DNA of 64,000 nt from Bacteroidales bacterium (lineage in GTDB: Bacteria > Bacteroidota > Bacteroidia > Bacteroidales > VadinHA17). A program made the translations under genes and the position numbers. Below are positions 18,022 through 28,500 of this stretch, one piece after another (position 1 is the stretch's first letter; each line of letters begins with the position of its first letter). The notes below the pieces were generated by a model. The model had not been told where the DNA came from, ran no database searches, and was given only the letters and a program-made list of their open reading frames with translations. The stretch spans positions 1,745,752 to 1,809,751 of the forward strand of contig OY759745.1 in NCBI GenBank assembly GCA_963662685.1. Direction: 5' to 3'.

Positions 18022-18741
18022 TTACCAGTTAATGGTACGGCTCGAGAAGAGCCTGTTGAAATCGTCGCGGTAGGAGTCTGATATTGGTATATACTGTTTT
18101 CCGAAGACTATATTGTTGCGCTCTATTGTTTTTACCTTATCGATGTTGACGATAAACGACCTGTGTACCCTGATGAAATTTTTACGGGGAAGCACCTCTT
18201 TTGCGGCTTTTAGGCTCATTAGAGTCTGGATGTCAGTGCCGTCCTCCATGTTTATCCTTATATAATCCCGTACCCCTTCAACGTATAATATTTCGTTAGT
18301 ATTGATGATCTGGTGACGGTAGTCGGCTTTAATAACGATGTTTACAGGTGTCTCTGGTACCTGGTTACTATGTGCGGCCTGCATTATTTCGCTTTGTTTT
18401 AGCGCTTTGTTGGCGGCAGCCAGGAATTCGGGGTAGCTGAACGGTTTCAGCAGATAGTCTATAGCGTTAACTTTAAATCCTTCTATTGCGTACTGTTCGA
18501 AGGCTGTTGTGAAGATAACGGCGCAGTCTTCCACCATCTTCGACAACTCCAGTCCGTTAAGTCCGGGCATCTGAATGTCCATGAACGCCACATCGATATC
18601 GTTTTCGTTAATGGCTTTTAGCGCTTCAACGCTGCTGTTACATCTGGCCGTAAGTTTCAGAAAAGGGGTCCTTTTTACGTAATCTTCAAGCAGGTTGAGC
18701 GCCAGGGGCTCGTCGTCCACTATCACACAGTTAAGTTCCAT
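18022..18741 (-). CDS. LytTR-family response regulator
   Basis: 239 aa: receiver domain (IVDDEPLA...FMDIQMPG) plus a C-terminal LytTR DNA-binding domain. Confidence 0.9.
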   Translation of the reverse strand: MELNCVIVDDEPLALNLLEDYVKRTPFLKLTARCNSSVEALKAINENDIDVAFMDIQMPGLNGLELSKMVEDCAVIFTTAFEQYAIEGFKVNAIDYLLKPFSYPEFLAAANKALKQSEIMQAAHSNQVPETPVNIVIKADYRHQIINTNEILYVEGVRDYIRINMEDGTDIQTLMSLKAAKEVLPRKNFIRVHRSFIVNIDKVKTIERNNIVFGKQYIPISDSYRDDFNRLFSSRTINW

Positions 18742-18743
18742 GG

Positions 18744-19784
18744 TCAGTCAAGTTCAATTTTCAAGGTTGAAACGTACACGTTGTCGAGCAAAGAAATATT
18801 ATATTCATGTTTTTTGGGGTAGATCAGTTCCAGCCGGCGTTTAAGGTTTGTTATCCCTATGCCTGAGCCGCTGTAATCGTTTTCCTTTTTTGGGAAGAAG
18901 CTGTTTTTTACCGTGCAGGTCACTAAATTGTCAGAGATCTCAATGCCTATATCTATAAATGATGATTCTGTTTGTGATACCCCATGCTTGAAGGCGTTCT
19001 CTATCAGTGTTATGAACATTAACGGGGCTATCATGTCTCCATTAGTTTCATCCGGAATGTTTACGCTCACATTAACTTTTTCCGTTAACCGCAACGACAT
19101 GAGTTCGATATAGCTTCTGGTGAAGAGCAGTTCTTTCTGGAGCTGCACTTTATCCTGGTTATTGTCGTATAAAACATAACGCAATATTTTGCTCAGACCC
19201 AATACCGAATGCTGCGCCTTATCCTTGTCGATAGAGATCAGGGAATAGATATTGTTCAGGGTGTTGAAGAGAAAATGGGGATTAAGCTGGCTCTTGAGAT
19301 TTTTAAGCTCTGCCTGACTGGCAACGGCCTCTATCTTTGCCTTCGCGTTCTCTGTTCTGTACCATTCTATTGTCATTCTTATGGCCACCGCGAGAACGGC
19401 GACAATGGTAACTAAAAACAAGTTTCTCACGGCAAATACCACGAAAGGAAGATGATAAGCAGTGTCGAAGGGATCAGGGAAAAAGGTGTACACCCCGAAA
19501 GATGTTAAGGAGAACAGCAACGATATTCCTATATTCGATAATATATACCACCTCCACCGCCTCTTTACGAGTAGTCTGACGATCAAAAAGAAGAAGTTAA
19601 AATAGAAAATCAGCAGAATAGGGAATATTACGGATACAATTTTGATATATATATCAATTGTCCTCCCCGCCTCTTCGCTTGGAATGAACAACAGAGGCAG
19701 GCATAGAAGTAGTACTACCGCTATGATGTTGATGACCATTGCGGCCCGGTTCGTTCTTTTGTCGAAACGATAATTATTTCCCAT
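18744..19784 (-). CDS. Sensor histidine kinase (LytS/YehU-type His_kinase domain)
   Basis: 346 aa with several N-terminal TM helices and LNPHFLFNTLNNI H-box and HATPase motifs. Confidence 0.85.
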   Translation of the reverse strand: MGNNYRFDKRTNRAAMVINIIAVVLLLCLPLLFIPSEEAGRTIDIYIKIVSVIFPILLIFYFNFFFLIVRLLVKRRWRWYILSNIGISLLFSLTSFGVYTFFPDPFDTAYHLPFVVFAVRNLFLVTIVAVLAVAIRMTIEWYRTENAKAKIEAVASQAELKNLKSQLNPHFLFNTLNNIYSLISIDKDKAQHSVLGLSKILRYVLYDNNQDKVQLQKELLFTRSYIELMSLRLTEKVNVSVNIPDETNGDMIAPLMFITLIENAFKHGVSQTESSFIDIGIEISDNLVTCTVKNSFFPKKENDYSGSGIGITNLKRRLELIYPKKHEYNISLLDNVYVSTLKIELD

Positions 19785-19893
19785 CCTTCATAAATTCTGA
19801 AAGATTCCGGGATATACTTTAAGTGCTGATATCCCGGATCTTTCCCTATTAATCCATTTATAAAAACAAATCGAAAAAGTGATCAATAAACCC

Positions 19894-20283
19894 TTAATTT
19901 TCCGGAATATAACGGGTACATGTTATGCCCGAAGCTCCGTCCATTACGTTGCCGGTAGCTGTGTTTTCATCTTTTTTCTCTATTTTGATGTTTATCGTAC
20001 CTACCTCGGGATCAAATGTGGAGGCCGAAAGAACGTTTCCTTCCACTTTAACGTCCTGGAGCATCGTTATCGCGCCGTCATATCCACTTAAACTACCGAC
20101 GAATTTGTTTTCTTCATCGTTGTAAAAAGAGACCATGCCAACGTACTCCGGTGCCATTTCCACTGTTACTGTCCATAAACCATTAAAATACTCCTCACCC
20201 GTCAACGGTTTCTGGGCCCGGAGTCCGACCGTCGAAAAAGCCATGGCTAAGACGATAGTCAAGATAAATGCCATTTTTTTCAT
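19894..20283 (-). CDS. Hypothetical small secreted protein
   Basis: 129 aa with a signal peptide (MKKMAFILTIVLAMAFSTVGLRAQ). I recognise no motif. Confidence 0.45.
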   Translation of the reverse strand: MKKMAFILTIVLAMAFSTVGLRAQKPLTGEEYFNGLWTVTVEMAPEYVGMVSFYNDEENKFVGSLSGYDGAITMLQDVKVEGNVLSASTFDPEVGTINIKIEKKDENTATGNVMDGASGITCTRYIPEN

Positions 20284-20414
20284 GTTCTTGGTTTTAGATT
20301 GTTAATGTTGAAAATGTTATTGTTTATTGTATAAAGATAGTCAATACTGTTCAATGTTTATTCAAAGAAATACCTCTTTAACCTTACTACTGGCCAAAAA
20401 TATTTTAATAACCA

Positions 20415-21638
20415 TTATTCATATCTGATAGCGTCAATAGGGTTGAGGTTGGCGGCCTTTTTTGCGGGGTACCATCCAAAGAATACACCCGTTATCGTAC
20501 ATATGCCAAAAGATATGATAACCGATGCCGGTTGAATGGCGGTGTTCATGTTCATTAAAAGTCCCGCTACAGCGGAAATGGCCCAACCGAAGATAATGCC
20601 AATTAGACCACCAAGCAGACTTATGATTATCGCTTCAATCAGGAATTGGGTGAGTATGTGAATACCTTTGGCTCCTATCGACATACGAAGGCCTATCTCT
20701 TTGGTTCTCTCAGTTACCGATACATACATTATGTTCATGATTCCGATACCACCGACCAACAGGGATATTCCCGCTATGGAGGCCAGTAGGGTTGTCAGTA
20801 GCCCTGTTACCGAATCAATTGTACCCATAACCTCATCCATTGACATCAGTTGGAAATCATCCTCATCATTTTCCCTTATCTTGTGGTTCGTCCTTAGTAT
20901 ATCCCTTATTTCGGCCATTGCTTCGTCGGTGTACTCTTCAGATATTGTAGATGCGTTCATGCTTTGTATATAGTTTATGGCCAGAAATCTTTTCTGTACG
21001 GTTGTGAAGGGCGCTATTACCATATCGTCCTGATCCTGTCCCATTGAACTGGCGCCCTTCGATTCGAGAACTCCAACTACTTTCATGGGAATAGAGTTAA
21101 AACGTATGGTTTTGCCCAGAGGCTCCTCGCCGTCAGGGAAAAGGTTTTCAATTACGGTCTGACCGAGCAGGCAGACTTTGGTTGCCCTTGTGACGTCTTC
21201 TTCGCTGAACATAGCTCCGGCAGCGACGTTTATGTCTCGGATATCCAGGTAGGAAGGACTGACCCCGTACATGGTCGTAGGGGCGTTATTGGAACCATTA
21301 ATAGCCTGACCGCTGGTTGTTACCGTGGGAGATATGGACTTAAGGAATTTGGCGTCGTTCCGCAATGACTCATAATCGGCCAGCTTAAGTGATTGCATGT
21401 TGGCACTACTTTGCGTAACACCACCGTCTTGTTCCATATAGGGCATTATCATAATCATATCAGAAGAGCCCATAGTACCTATCTGATCTTTTATACTCTC
21501 CGTGGCGCCACTTCCCAGGGCAAGGATCACAATCACCGACATTATTCCTATGATAATTCCCAGCATGGTCAGCAACGCCCTGGTCTTGTTGTTGGCAAGG
21601 GCTTTTAGCGCGATTTTTATTAGATTACTGTATCTCAT
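20415..21638 (-). CDS. ABC transporter permease, MacB/FtsX type
   Basis: 407 aa: MacB_PCD-like periplasmic domain plus a C-terminal FtsX 3-TM bundle. Confidence 0.9.
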   Translation of the reverse strand: MRYSNLIKIALKALANNKTRALLTMLGIIIGIMSVIVILALGSGATESIKDQIGTMGSSDMIMIMPYMEQDGGVTQSSANMQSLKLADYESLRNDAKFLKSISPTVTTSGQAINGSNNAPTTMYGVSPSYLDIRDINVAAGAMFSEEDVTRATKVCLLGQTVIENLFPDGEEPLGKTIRFNSIPMKVVGVLESKGASSMGQDQDDMVIAPFTTVQKRFLAINYIQSMNASTISEEYTDEAMAEIRDILRTNHKIRENDEDDFQLMSMDEVMGTIDSVTGLLTTLLASIAGISLLVGGIGIMNIMYVSVTERTKEIGLRMSIGAKGIHILTQFLIEAIIISLLGGLIGIIFGWAISAVAGLLMNMNTAIQPASVIISFGICTITGVFFGWYPAKKAANLNPIDAIRYE

Positions 21639-21668
21639 GTTTCGTATATAAAGTCTATTTTACTGGTA

Positions 21669-22421
21669 TCAGGCAACCTCTTCATCCTCTTCAATAGGCA
21701 GAGTGTCAAGAATAGATTTGGCTGAAGCTATTTTTGTGTTGGGCGTATCGTGTGTAATCCTGCCATCTTTCAGTACGATCGTTCTACTGCTGAAAGATGC
21801 TATCTCAGGGTTGTGGGTGACAAATATTATAGTTTTGCCTTCCCTGTGCAGTTTCTGGAACAGGGTAAGTATCTCGTATGATGTTCTTGTATCCAGATTT
21901 CCTGTCGCTTCGTCGGCAAGTATCATTACCGGATCGTTCACCAATGCCCTCGCTATCGCTACGCGCTGTTGCTGACCACCCGACATCTGGTTGGAGCGGT
22001 GATGGAGCCTGTCGGCCAACCCAACCTCGGTAAGAGCTTCAATAGCTTTTTGTTTGCTTTGTGCGGATGAGATATTTTTGTTGTAAAGCAAAGGAAGTTC
22101 CACGTTTTCAATCGCGGTGGTTTTCGGCAGAAGGTTATACGACTGGAACACGAAACCGATTTTTCTGTTCCTTAGCGTGGCTCTTTTGTTCCTGTCCATC
22201 TTTCTTACTGATACATTGTCGAGATAATAGTCTCCTGATGAAGCTACGTCGAGACACCCCAGAATGTTTAAGAGTGTCGATTTGCCTGATCCGCTGGTTC
22301 CCATAATGGTCACGAACTCTCCTTCATCGACCGCAAAGGAAACGTTCCTCAGGGCATGGACTGTCTCTTCGCCCACAATGAAGTTACGGCAGAGGTTAGC
22401 GACTTTAATTATTTCGTTCAT
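21669..22421 (-). CDS. ABC transporter ATP-binding protein (MacB/LolD-type)
   Basis: Walker A GTSGSGKST, signature MSGGQQQRVAIARAL, Walker B ILADE. Confidence 0.9.
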   Translation of the reverse strand: MNEIIKVANLCRNFIVGEETVHALRNVSFAVDEGEFVTIMGTSGSGKSTLLNILGCLDVASSGDYYLDNVSVRKMDRNKRATLRNRKIGFVFQSYNLLPKTTAIENVELPLLYNKNISSAQSKQKAIEALTEVGLADRLHHRSNQMSGGQQQRVAIARALVNDPVMILADEATGNLDTRTSYEILTLFQKLHREGKTIIFVTHNPEIASFSSRTIVLKDGRITHDTPNTKIASAKSILDTLPIEEDEEVA

Positions 22422-22478
22422 TTTATTGAAATCATTGTTAATATTGTTGTTTTGGAGGAATTGTTCCGTTAAATATAC

Positions 22479-23630
22479 TTATTCTTCCATTGAATTATTT
22501 CCCCCGTTACCTCCGGATTCCATTCTCATTGAAACTCTTCCTGAGTTTTGGGTTACAGGTACAGTTTTTACTCCTGTTATTATTTCATCACCTTCATTCA
22601 CACCGGAGATTATCTCAGTGTTAATACCATCGGAAGACCCTGTGACAACAGTAATTGGTTTAACCGAACCGTCCTCGTTAATTGTCCATACACATTTTTT
22701 TGGAATAGTGTCCCCGTAACCTTCGGGAGTAAAACGGAGAGCTCTTACCGGTACTGTAATAACCTTAGGCTTTTCCAGTGTGTAAATTGTAATGTTGGCC
22801 GTGAGTCCCGGCTTAAGCTTGAGTTCGGGGTTAGGCGCATCAATAACCACCTCATACGTTACAACGTTAGAGGTTGTGGAAGCCTGGAGACGGACCTGCA
22901 ATACTGTGCCCTGGAATGTCAGGTCAGGAAAAGCATCAACAGTGAAATTTACTTTCTGTCCATCTTTTACCTCACCGATATCGGCTTCATCAACGTTAGC
23001 TATAACCTGCATCTTTGTTAGATCGTTAGCAATAGTGAAAAGTGTAGGGGTACTGAAACCTGAAGCCACTGTCTGCCCTTCATCAACTGCCCTTGAGAGA
23101 ACTACCCCGTTTATTGGAGAATAGATTGTCGCGTAACCTATGTTCCGTTCGGCTTTTTTGCTGTTGGCCTGTGCCTGTAGATAGGAAGTGTTGGCCTTGG
23201 AGAACTGGTATTCCGCTGATTCATATTCAGAATCGCTTACCAATCCTTTTTCGTACAGCCCTTTAATCCGGTTATAGTTGATAGTCTGGTAGTCGTACTC
23301 AATTTTAGCCGAGTTGAGACTGGCTCTGGATGCCTCCAGATCCATCTGCAGAACCGACTTGTCCAGTTCCGCTAAAAGCTGTCCCTCAGTGACAACAGAA
23401 TTGAAATCAACATAAATCCTGTCTATGATCCCGGATACCTGGGTACCGACCTCAACCTGTTTAATAGGCTCAACGGTGCCAGTGGCCGTGACACTGTTGG
23501 ATATCGTTGATATCGCGACGTTGGTTGTTTCATAGGAGATATCATCCGACTTGTTGTTTTTTGGCAGCAATATGAAAACTAACAGGGCTACCAGTGTAAC
23601 AGCTATTATTATGTATGTACTTTTTTTCAT
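22479..23630 (-). CDS. Efflux periplasmic adaptor (HlyD/MacA-type membrane fusion protein)
   Basis: 383 aa: N-terminal TM, then lipoyl / coiled-coil / beta-barrel pattern. Confidence 0.85.
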   Translation of the reverse strand: MKKSTYIIIAVTLVALLVFILLPKNNKSDDISYETTNVAISTISNSVTATGTVEPIKQVEVGTQVSGIIDRIYVDFNSVVTEGQLLAELDKSVLQMDLEASRASLNSAKIEYDYQTINYNRIKGLYEKGLVSDSEYESAEYQFSKANTSYLQAQANSKKAERNIGYATIYSPINGVVLSRAVDEGQTVASGFSTPTLFTIANDLTKMQVIANVDEADIGEVKDGQKVNFTVDAFPDLTFQGTVLQVRLQASTTSNVVTYEVVIDAPNPELKLKPGLTANITIYTLEKPKVITVPVRALRFTPEGYGDTIPKKCVWTINEDGSVKPITVVTGSSDGINTEIISGVNEGDEIITGVKTVPVTQNSGRVSMRMESGGNGGNNSMEE

Positions 23631-23667
23631 TTTATATCAGGTATAAATATTTAATGATGAATTTTAA

Positions 23668-25008
23668 TTATAATGTTACCGGTTGGTTCTGGTAAACGTT
23701 CAGCAATTTAAGCGCCAGTACCGCTTGGAATTTTGCCTGGAGTTGATTGCCAAGGGCATTGAGATAATTGTTCCGTTCTGTTATCAACTCAACGGTGTTT
23801 TTAAGTCCCGAGTTAAACTGTTCGGTAACTATCTCATAACTGATCTTAGCCGCATCAAGTTTCTCGTTGGCGGAGACATATTTGCTTTGGGCCGATAACG
23901 CATCGTTGTAAAGTGACTCTATGGTGCTCAAAAGATTCTTTTTCGCGCTTTGGTCCTGCAGACGTGTCGACAAACTCTGTTGTTTGGCGTTGTTGACGCT
24001 GGTCCGGGCCTGTTTACCGTTGAATATCGGCACGTTGATGCTCACTCCCACATTTTCGTTTATTTTATTGCTGAGCTGATCGAACAAAGCCTCCGAAGAT
24101 GCAGAAGTGGAGCTTGTTGACACCCCGGCGTTCATCGATACTGTAGGTATCTGTGCTGCTTTGGCTATATCCACTGCCAGGTCGGCTGCCTCTATACTCA
24201 GGGCCGAGCTTTTCATCTGGGGAAGTTCGTCGAGAGCGGTGTTGTAGACTGTTTCGAGCGATGGGATTGTGGCTAGTACCTGTTGGTCTTCTATAACGGG
24301 AAATTCAACCTCGAAATTTTCTGTTATGCCAAGCTCCAGAAGTTGTTTTAGCTGAAGCTTGGTTGACGACAGGGAAGTCCGTGAAGATATTATCTGGTAC
24401 TCGTCATTAGCTGCCTGTGCCTGCAGGGAGGCGAGGTCTGCTTTCGATATAGAACCTGCATTGTACATCTGCACTGCCCTTTCGGCCTGTACCCTGGATA
24501 ATTCGGCTGCCTGTTCGGCAATCTTAAGTGATTCGTACGAGAAAAGTATTTGAAGGTATGCCTGGGTAACGGATACCTCTATATCTGTTTTGGCCTGTTC
24601 CACATCGTATGCTGAAGCCTGATCCTGTATCTCTTTTTGTTTGATACTGTTTCGAAGCTTGCCTCCGGCAAAAAGCGTAAGTCCTGAACTCAGCGAGTAG
24701 GATCCGCTATAGGTGGATGAACCTGCTGCTTCATTGAATTCATTATAAGAGGATGCGTTGCTGAAACCCATACTCTGGCTGCTGGAGAAACTCAGTGTAG
24801 GGAAGAGCGCCGCCCTGGCCTGCTCAAGACTTATCTCCGACTGGTTTTTGGAAATCTGCTGGTTCTGTACCTGTATGTTGTTTTCCCTAGCGTAATCTAT
24901 CGCCTCCCCAAGGGTCCATGTATCTGTCTCCTGAGCCTCCAGGTGAGGGGAAAAGATCGTGATCGCCAGGGATAATACGGTACTGACCAAAATTCTTTTT
25001 TGTTTCAT
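23668..25008 (-). CDS. TolC-family outer-membrane efflux protein
   Basis: 446 aa, signal peptide, with the duplicated OEP repeat pattern. Confidence 0.85.
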   Translation of the reverse strand: MKQKRILVSTVLSLAITIFSPHLEAQETDTWTLGEAIDYARENNIQVQNQQISKNQSEISLEQARAALFPTLSFSSSQSMGFSNASSYNEFNEAAGSSTYSGSYSLSSGLTLFAGGKLRNSIKQKEIQDQASAYDVEQAKTDIEVSVTQAYLQILFSYESLKIAEQAAELSRVQAERAVQMYNAGSISKADLASLQAQAANDEYQIISSRTSLSSTKLQLKQLLELGITENFEVEFPVIEDQQVLATIPSLETVYNTALDELPQMKSSALSIEAADLAVDIAKAAQIPTVSMNAGVSTSSTSASSEALFDQLSNKINENVGVSINVPIFNGKQARTSVNNAKQQSLSTRLQDQSAKKNLLSTIESLYNDALSAQSKYVSANEKLDAAKISYEIVTEQFNSGLKNTVELITERNNYLNALGNQLQAKFQAVLALKLLNVYQNQPVTL

Positions 25009-25107
25009 ATCTTGTTTTGTTGTTTTAGCAAAAATAACTCTTGTTTTTCTCTTTCAGGGTTAATAACCGGTTCATGGCTTATTATCCTGATAGACATTTT
25101 ATGGCAA

Positions 25108-25115
25108 CAAAAGTA
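25108..25115 (-). promoter_or_regulatory. Bacteroidota -7 promoter box (TACTTTTG on the minus strand) for the efflux operon
   Basis: Matches TAnnTTTG, about 100 nt upstream of the TolC start. Confidence 0.35.
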
Positions 25116-25204
25116 TTTTCCTGCTGAATTCCTCGCAAATCTTATCCATACAAACTCATTTTTCTGCGACGAACAGGCTTAATTTATCGATAAACAGTCG
25201 TTTG

Positions 25205-25250
25205 AAAAAAAAACGGGGGCAGGTTTAACCTGCCCCCGTTTATGCTTTTT
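25205..25250 (-). terminator. Rho-independent terminator after the ferredoxin gene
   Basis: GC-rich hairpin ACGGGGGCAGG-ttta-ACCTGCCCCCGT flanked by an A-run and a T-run. It looks bidirectional. Confidence 0.7.
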
Positions 25251-25262
25251 TCCTGGAAAATA

Positions 25263-25430
25263 CTATTCCGGGTGTATAGCTTCGGTGGGACAAACATCAG
25301 CACATGTTCCGCAATCGGTGCAAGTTTCAGGATCGATTTTATATATATCGCCTTCAGATATCGCGCCAACGGGACACTCATCGATACAAGTTCCGCAAGC
25401 AATACATTCGTCATTAATTTTATAAGCCAT
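25263..25430 (-). CDS. 2x[4Fe-4S] ferredoxin, 55 aa (missing from the ORF track)
   Basis: Reverse translation: MAYKINDECIACGTCIDECPVGAISEGDIYKIDPETCTDCGTCADVCPTEAIHPE*. It has two CxxCxxCxxxCP clusters and its own terminator. Confidence 0.85.
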   Translation of the reverse strand: MAYKINDECIACGTCIDECPVGAISEGDIYKIDPETCTDCGTCADVCPTEAIHPE

Positions 25431-25542
25431 CTTGTTTTGATTTATTGTTTAACGTCGCGAAAATAAAAAACTATTTTGAATTGGTCAATTTTCGGCTGTT
25501 GCATTTGCTATTGATATTTGTTCTGGCGCGTGTTCAAATATA

Positions 25543-28500
25543 TCAGAAGTCTTTGCTGAACGATAAATAGAACATCCGGGGAAGAATATAGCTGTTTTCA
25601 ACGCCCCAAGCCCAGTCGGCCCGTACGAAATATCCCGCTATCTGAACCCTTGATCCAAAACCGAATCCATAGATTATAGGAGTATGGTTTGAATCCACTA
25701 CCACCCTGACAGGACCGTTTTCATATATGTCGGAATCATAGGCATTTTTGCCCGACCATGGAGTTGATCCTACCCAGGCTGATCCTATATCACCGAATCC
25801 GACTACCTGCAACGAGTTGAGAAAATTGGACTTAAGAGGATGACCCGCAAAATATCTTATTATTGGCCAGCGTATCTCACTGTTTATGACGGCGAAGCTG
25901 GTGCCGTTGCGGGCGTTCTGGGAGAAGCCTCTCATATTGGTTGCCAGTGCCTGAAAACCATAGTTTATGTCGGTGTTGACAGGTATGGATGTATCGAACA
26001 TTGAGGTAGTTCCATTAAAAAGGTATCCCATCCAGTTATCAACTCCGCCCAGATAATAGAGTAACCGTGTGGGACCCAGCGAGGTACTGGCCGCGAAACG
26101 ATTGGCCCATATAAGTTCACGGTGTATTCTTGTGTAATGTCTGAAGTCGGCTCCTAACACTACCATAGCCGACTTAGTGGCGAACATTTCTTTGTACAGT
26201 TCTCCGAATATTTTGAATCTTGTGCCATAATATATGTTTATGCTCCTCTCGCGTGTATTGTCGTATATTATTTCAGCTTTGGCACTGACCCAATGGCGTC
26301 TGATACTCTCCTCTTCCAGTGAGATCATGTCGTAAGCGAGCGATACCTGGTTGTCGAATCTGTACGACAGGGTTCCTTTTAACGCAAGAGCAGGTGTTAT
26401 GGGCCTGGACAGGCTGGCGTATATGTCGTGTGTGTGGGTTTTGTATATAGAGGTTTCCGTATAGGAGTAGTAGCCCTGACGGTGGAAAACCAACTGCTTG
26501 TCATATTTTCCCTTGAGATTATCGAGGCTGAGCAGGTATTCGTTACTGTCGAAGTTTCCGGAAAACCTGAATCCGCCCGTTATTCTGAAATTTTCGAACA
26601 TATCTATTGTCCCTATTGTGGATAACAGGTTAACCCCTGGGTTGTAATAACCGGAACTGCCAGAATATATCTGGTATGAGTTGTTCAGAAAGCTGAAGTC
26701 GATTTGTGTCGACATATAGTTATAATAAAACGCGGTCTCATATATTTGTGCCTGGGGGAAGGAGAGTCGTCCCGTATCCAGGTCTATGTCCATGTAATTT
26801 TTTCTCCAGAGTTCGTCGTAATAATTCTGCTTTTCCTTCTCAAAAATATAGTGACTGATGTCTATAGGTTCGTTAGTCTCATAGTACTCGTAAATAGGCT
26901 TTGTCAGTGTGTCGCGCCGGCGCTGGTCTTCTGCTACGAGCCATTGCCGGAGTTGTTCCAGACTGTCGGCTTCGTGGAGTATCCGGGTTCGTTCTATACG
27001 GTAATCCGTTGGTTCCGGTTCAACAGAAGGGATCTCAATATCCTCGGCGTTTTTAAGTATATTTCTTCCTTTGTTATAGACAATTTCCCTGGTTTTTCCT
27101 GTACTTTGGGATTCAGAGTAATCCTCTATGTTCCTTTTATAGTCGGTTAAAGCTTTTGAATCGAGATAGTATCTGTAATGTGTGGCGGTGTCGATATAGC
27201 TTATAGTGCTGTCGAGTGTCGCTTTATACCTGTTTATTACTCCGTTGGCGTTTCCAAGGTAGGATATCTCGGATGTTGATATTCCCGTAGCGGAAAAACG
27301 GTCGGTGTATTCACCTTCGGGTAAACGGGCGGCTATATTCCCTTTTTCAGCGACATCGTATGTGAAGAGGTCGAACGTCAGTCCAACTCTCTCCAATGGG
27401 TCGCCACTGTTGTAAAGAGTATCCGATAACCTGTTAGACGAGAAGATGATCATATTTTTTTCTCCTGTCAGGAAGGACGGTGTGAGGTCATCCGCAACGT
27501 CATATGTAATCTGTTCGTTTGTGCCCGATGCCAGGGTATGCACGTAGATATCTGTCATTCCGTTTTTTACAGCCGATATTACTAGGCGGGTTCCTTCAGG
27601 AGAATAACCAAAGTCGAGTACTTTGTCGAAATATAGCATGTTCCTGGTTTCCAGTATCTTCTCGTCGGTTCTGTAAAAGTAAAGCTTAAGCCCCGCCTTC
27701 TCTTCGTTGATAAAGGTAAGAATCATACTGCCGGGGTGCCATGCCATTACAGGGTAACTTTTATCCATCTTCTGCTCCAGTTTGGGTTCTTTCCTGAAGA
27801 TAATTTTTCGCTTTCCCGTAACTTCATCGAAAAGCCAGACCCTTCTTCTTCCCCAATCGTTAGTTATATATGCGGTGTAACGTCCGTCCGGACTTACAGC
27901 TACCTGCTGGTAAATCTGTTCCTTTTTTGACCTGCGCAATATATCGTCGCTGTTTTCCTCACTCTCCTGACCGCTATATTCGTCTCTGTAATAATCATAC
28001 CACTCGTCAAGCAGTTCGTCCAGCTCTTTGCCTGTTACATACAGAAAACCTTTATCAATTTTTTTGTATACTTTGGTGATATAGATAATATTTGGTATGA
28101 TGGCATCACCATACTCCTTTCCAATAAACCGCCAGAACGACTGTCCGGCATACTCGGCATCATCATATTCCAGGTGATTTATTTTTTTGTATTTACCTGA
28201 CAATATACCGTCCTTCACCCTGTCCTCTGTATCGAAGTCCCAGCCAAAAGCTACATAGTTCATCAAACCTTTCAGAAACCAGTCGGGTGTATTGATAGTT
28301 GATGATCCTGATATTCTGTTTTTCGTTTCGGCATCATATAACATCTCATTTACGATGATCTCAGTTATTGCCGCCGCTATCTGTTTTTGATAATCCACAT
28401 GATTGTCTTCGTAATAAAGACTAACCTTATTGTCAATAATCCTGCTGAACCCACCTGTATTGTATGAGTCCTCCATCTCCGAAACAAGTCCTATGTTGGA

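Noticed and set aside
17773-18032. Two short ORFs (61 and 65 aa) in the gap between the LytTR regulator and the SBBP lipoprotein genes
   Set aside because: They are AT-rich, overlap each other on opposite strands and have no motifs. The gap is better explained as a promoter/terminator region.
20321-20362. Direct repeats A(T/A)TGTTTATT 34 bp apart upstream of the 129-aa secreted-protein gene, considered as LytTR boxes
   Set aside because: The spacing does not fit the usual LytTR geometry (9-bp repeats separated by a ~12-bp spacer), and the sequence is low-complexity AT-rich. I cannot tell it from background.
25184-25414. 76-aa ORF listed in the track on the minus strand
   Set aside because: It is an out-of-frame shadow of the 55-aa ferredoxin gene (25263-25430) and runs through that gene's terminator hairpin. 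It has no motif content.
25460-25490. FNR-like half-sites TTGA-ATTGG-TCAA upstream of the ferredoxin gene
   Set aside because: The spacing is one base short of the TTGAT-N4-ATCAA consensus and only the 4-bp cores match. That is too weak to call.
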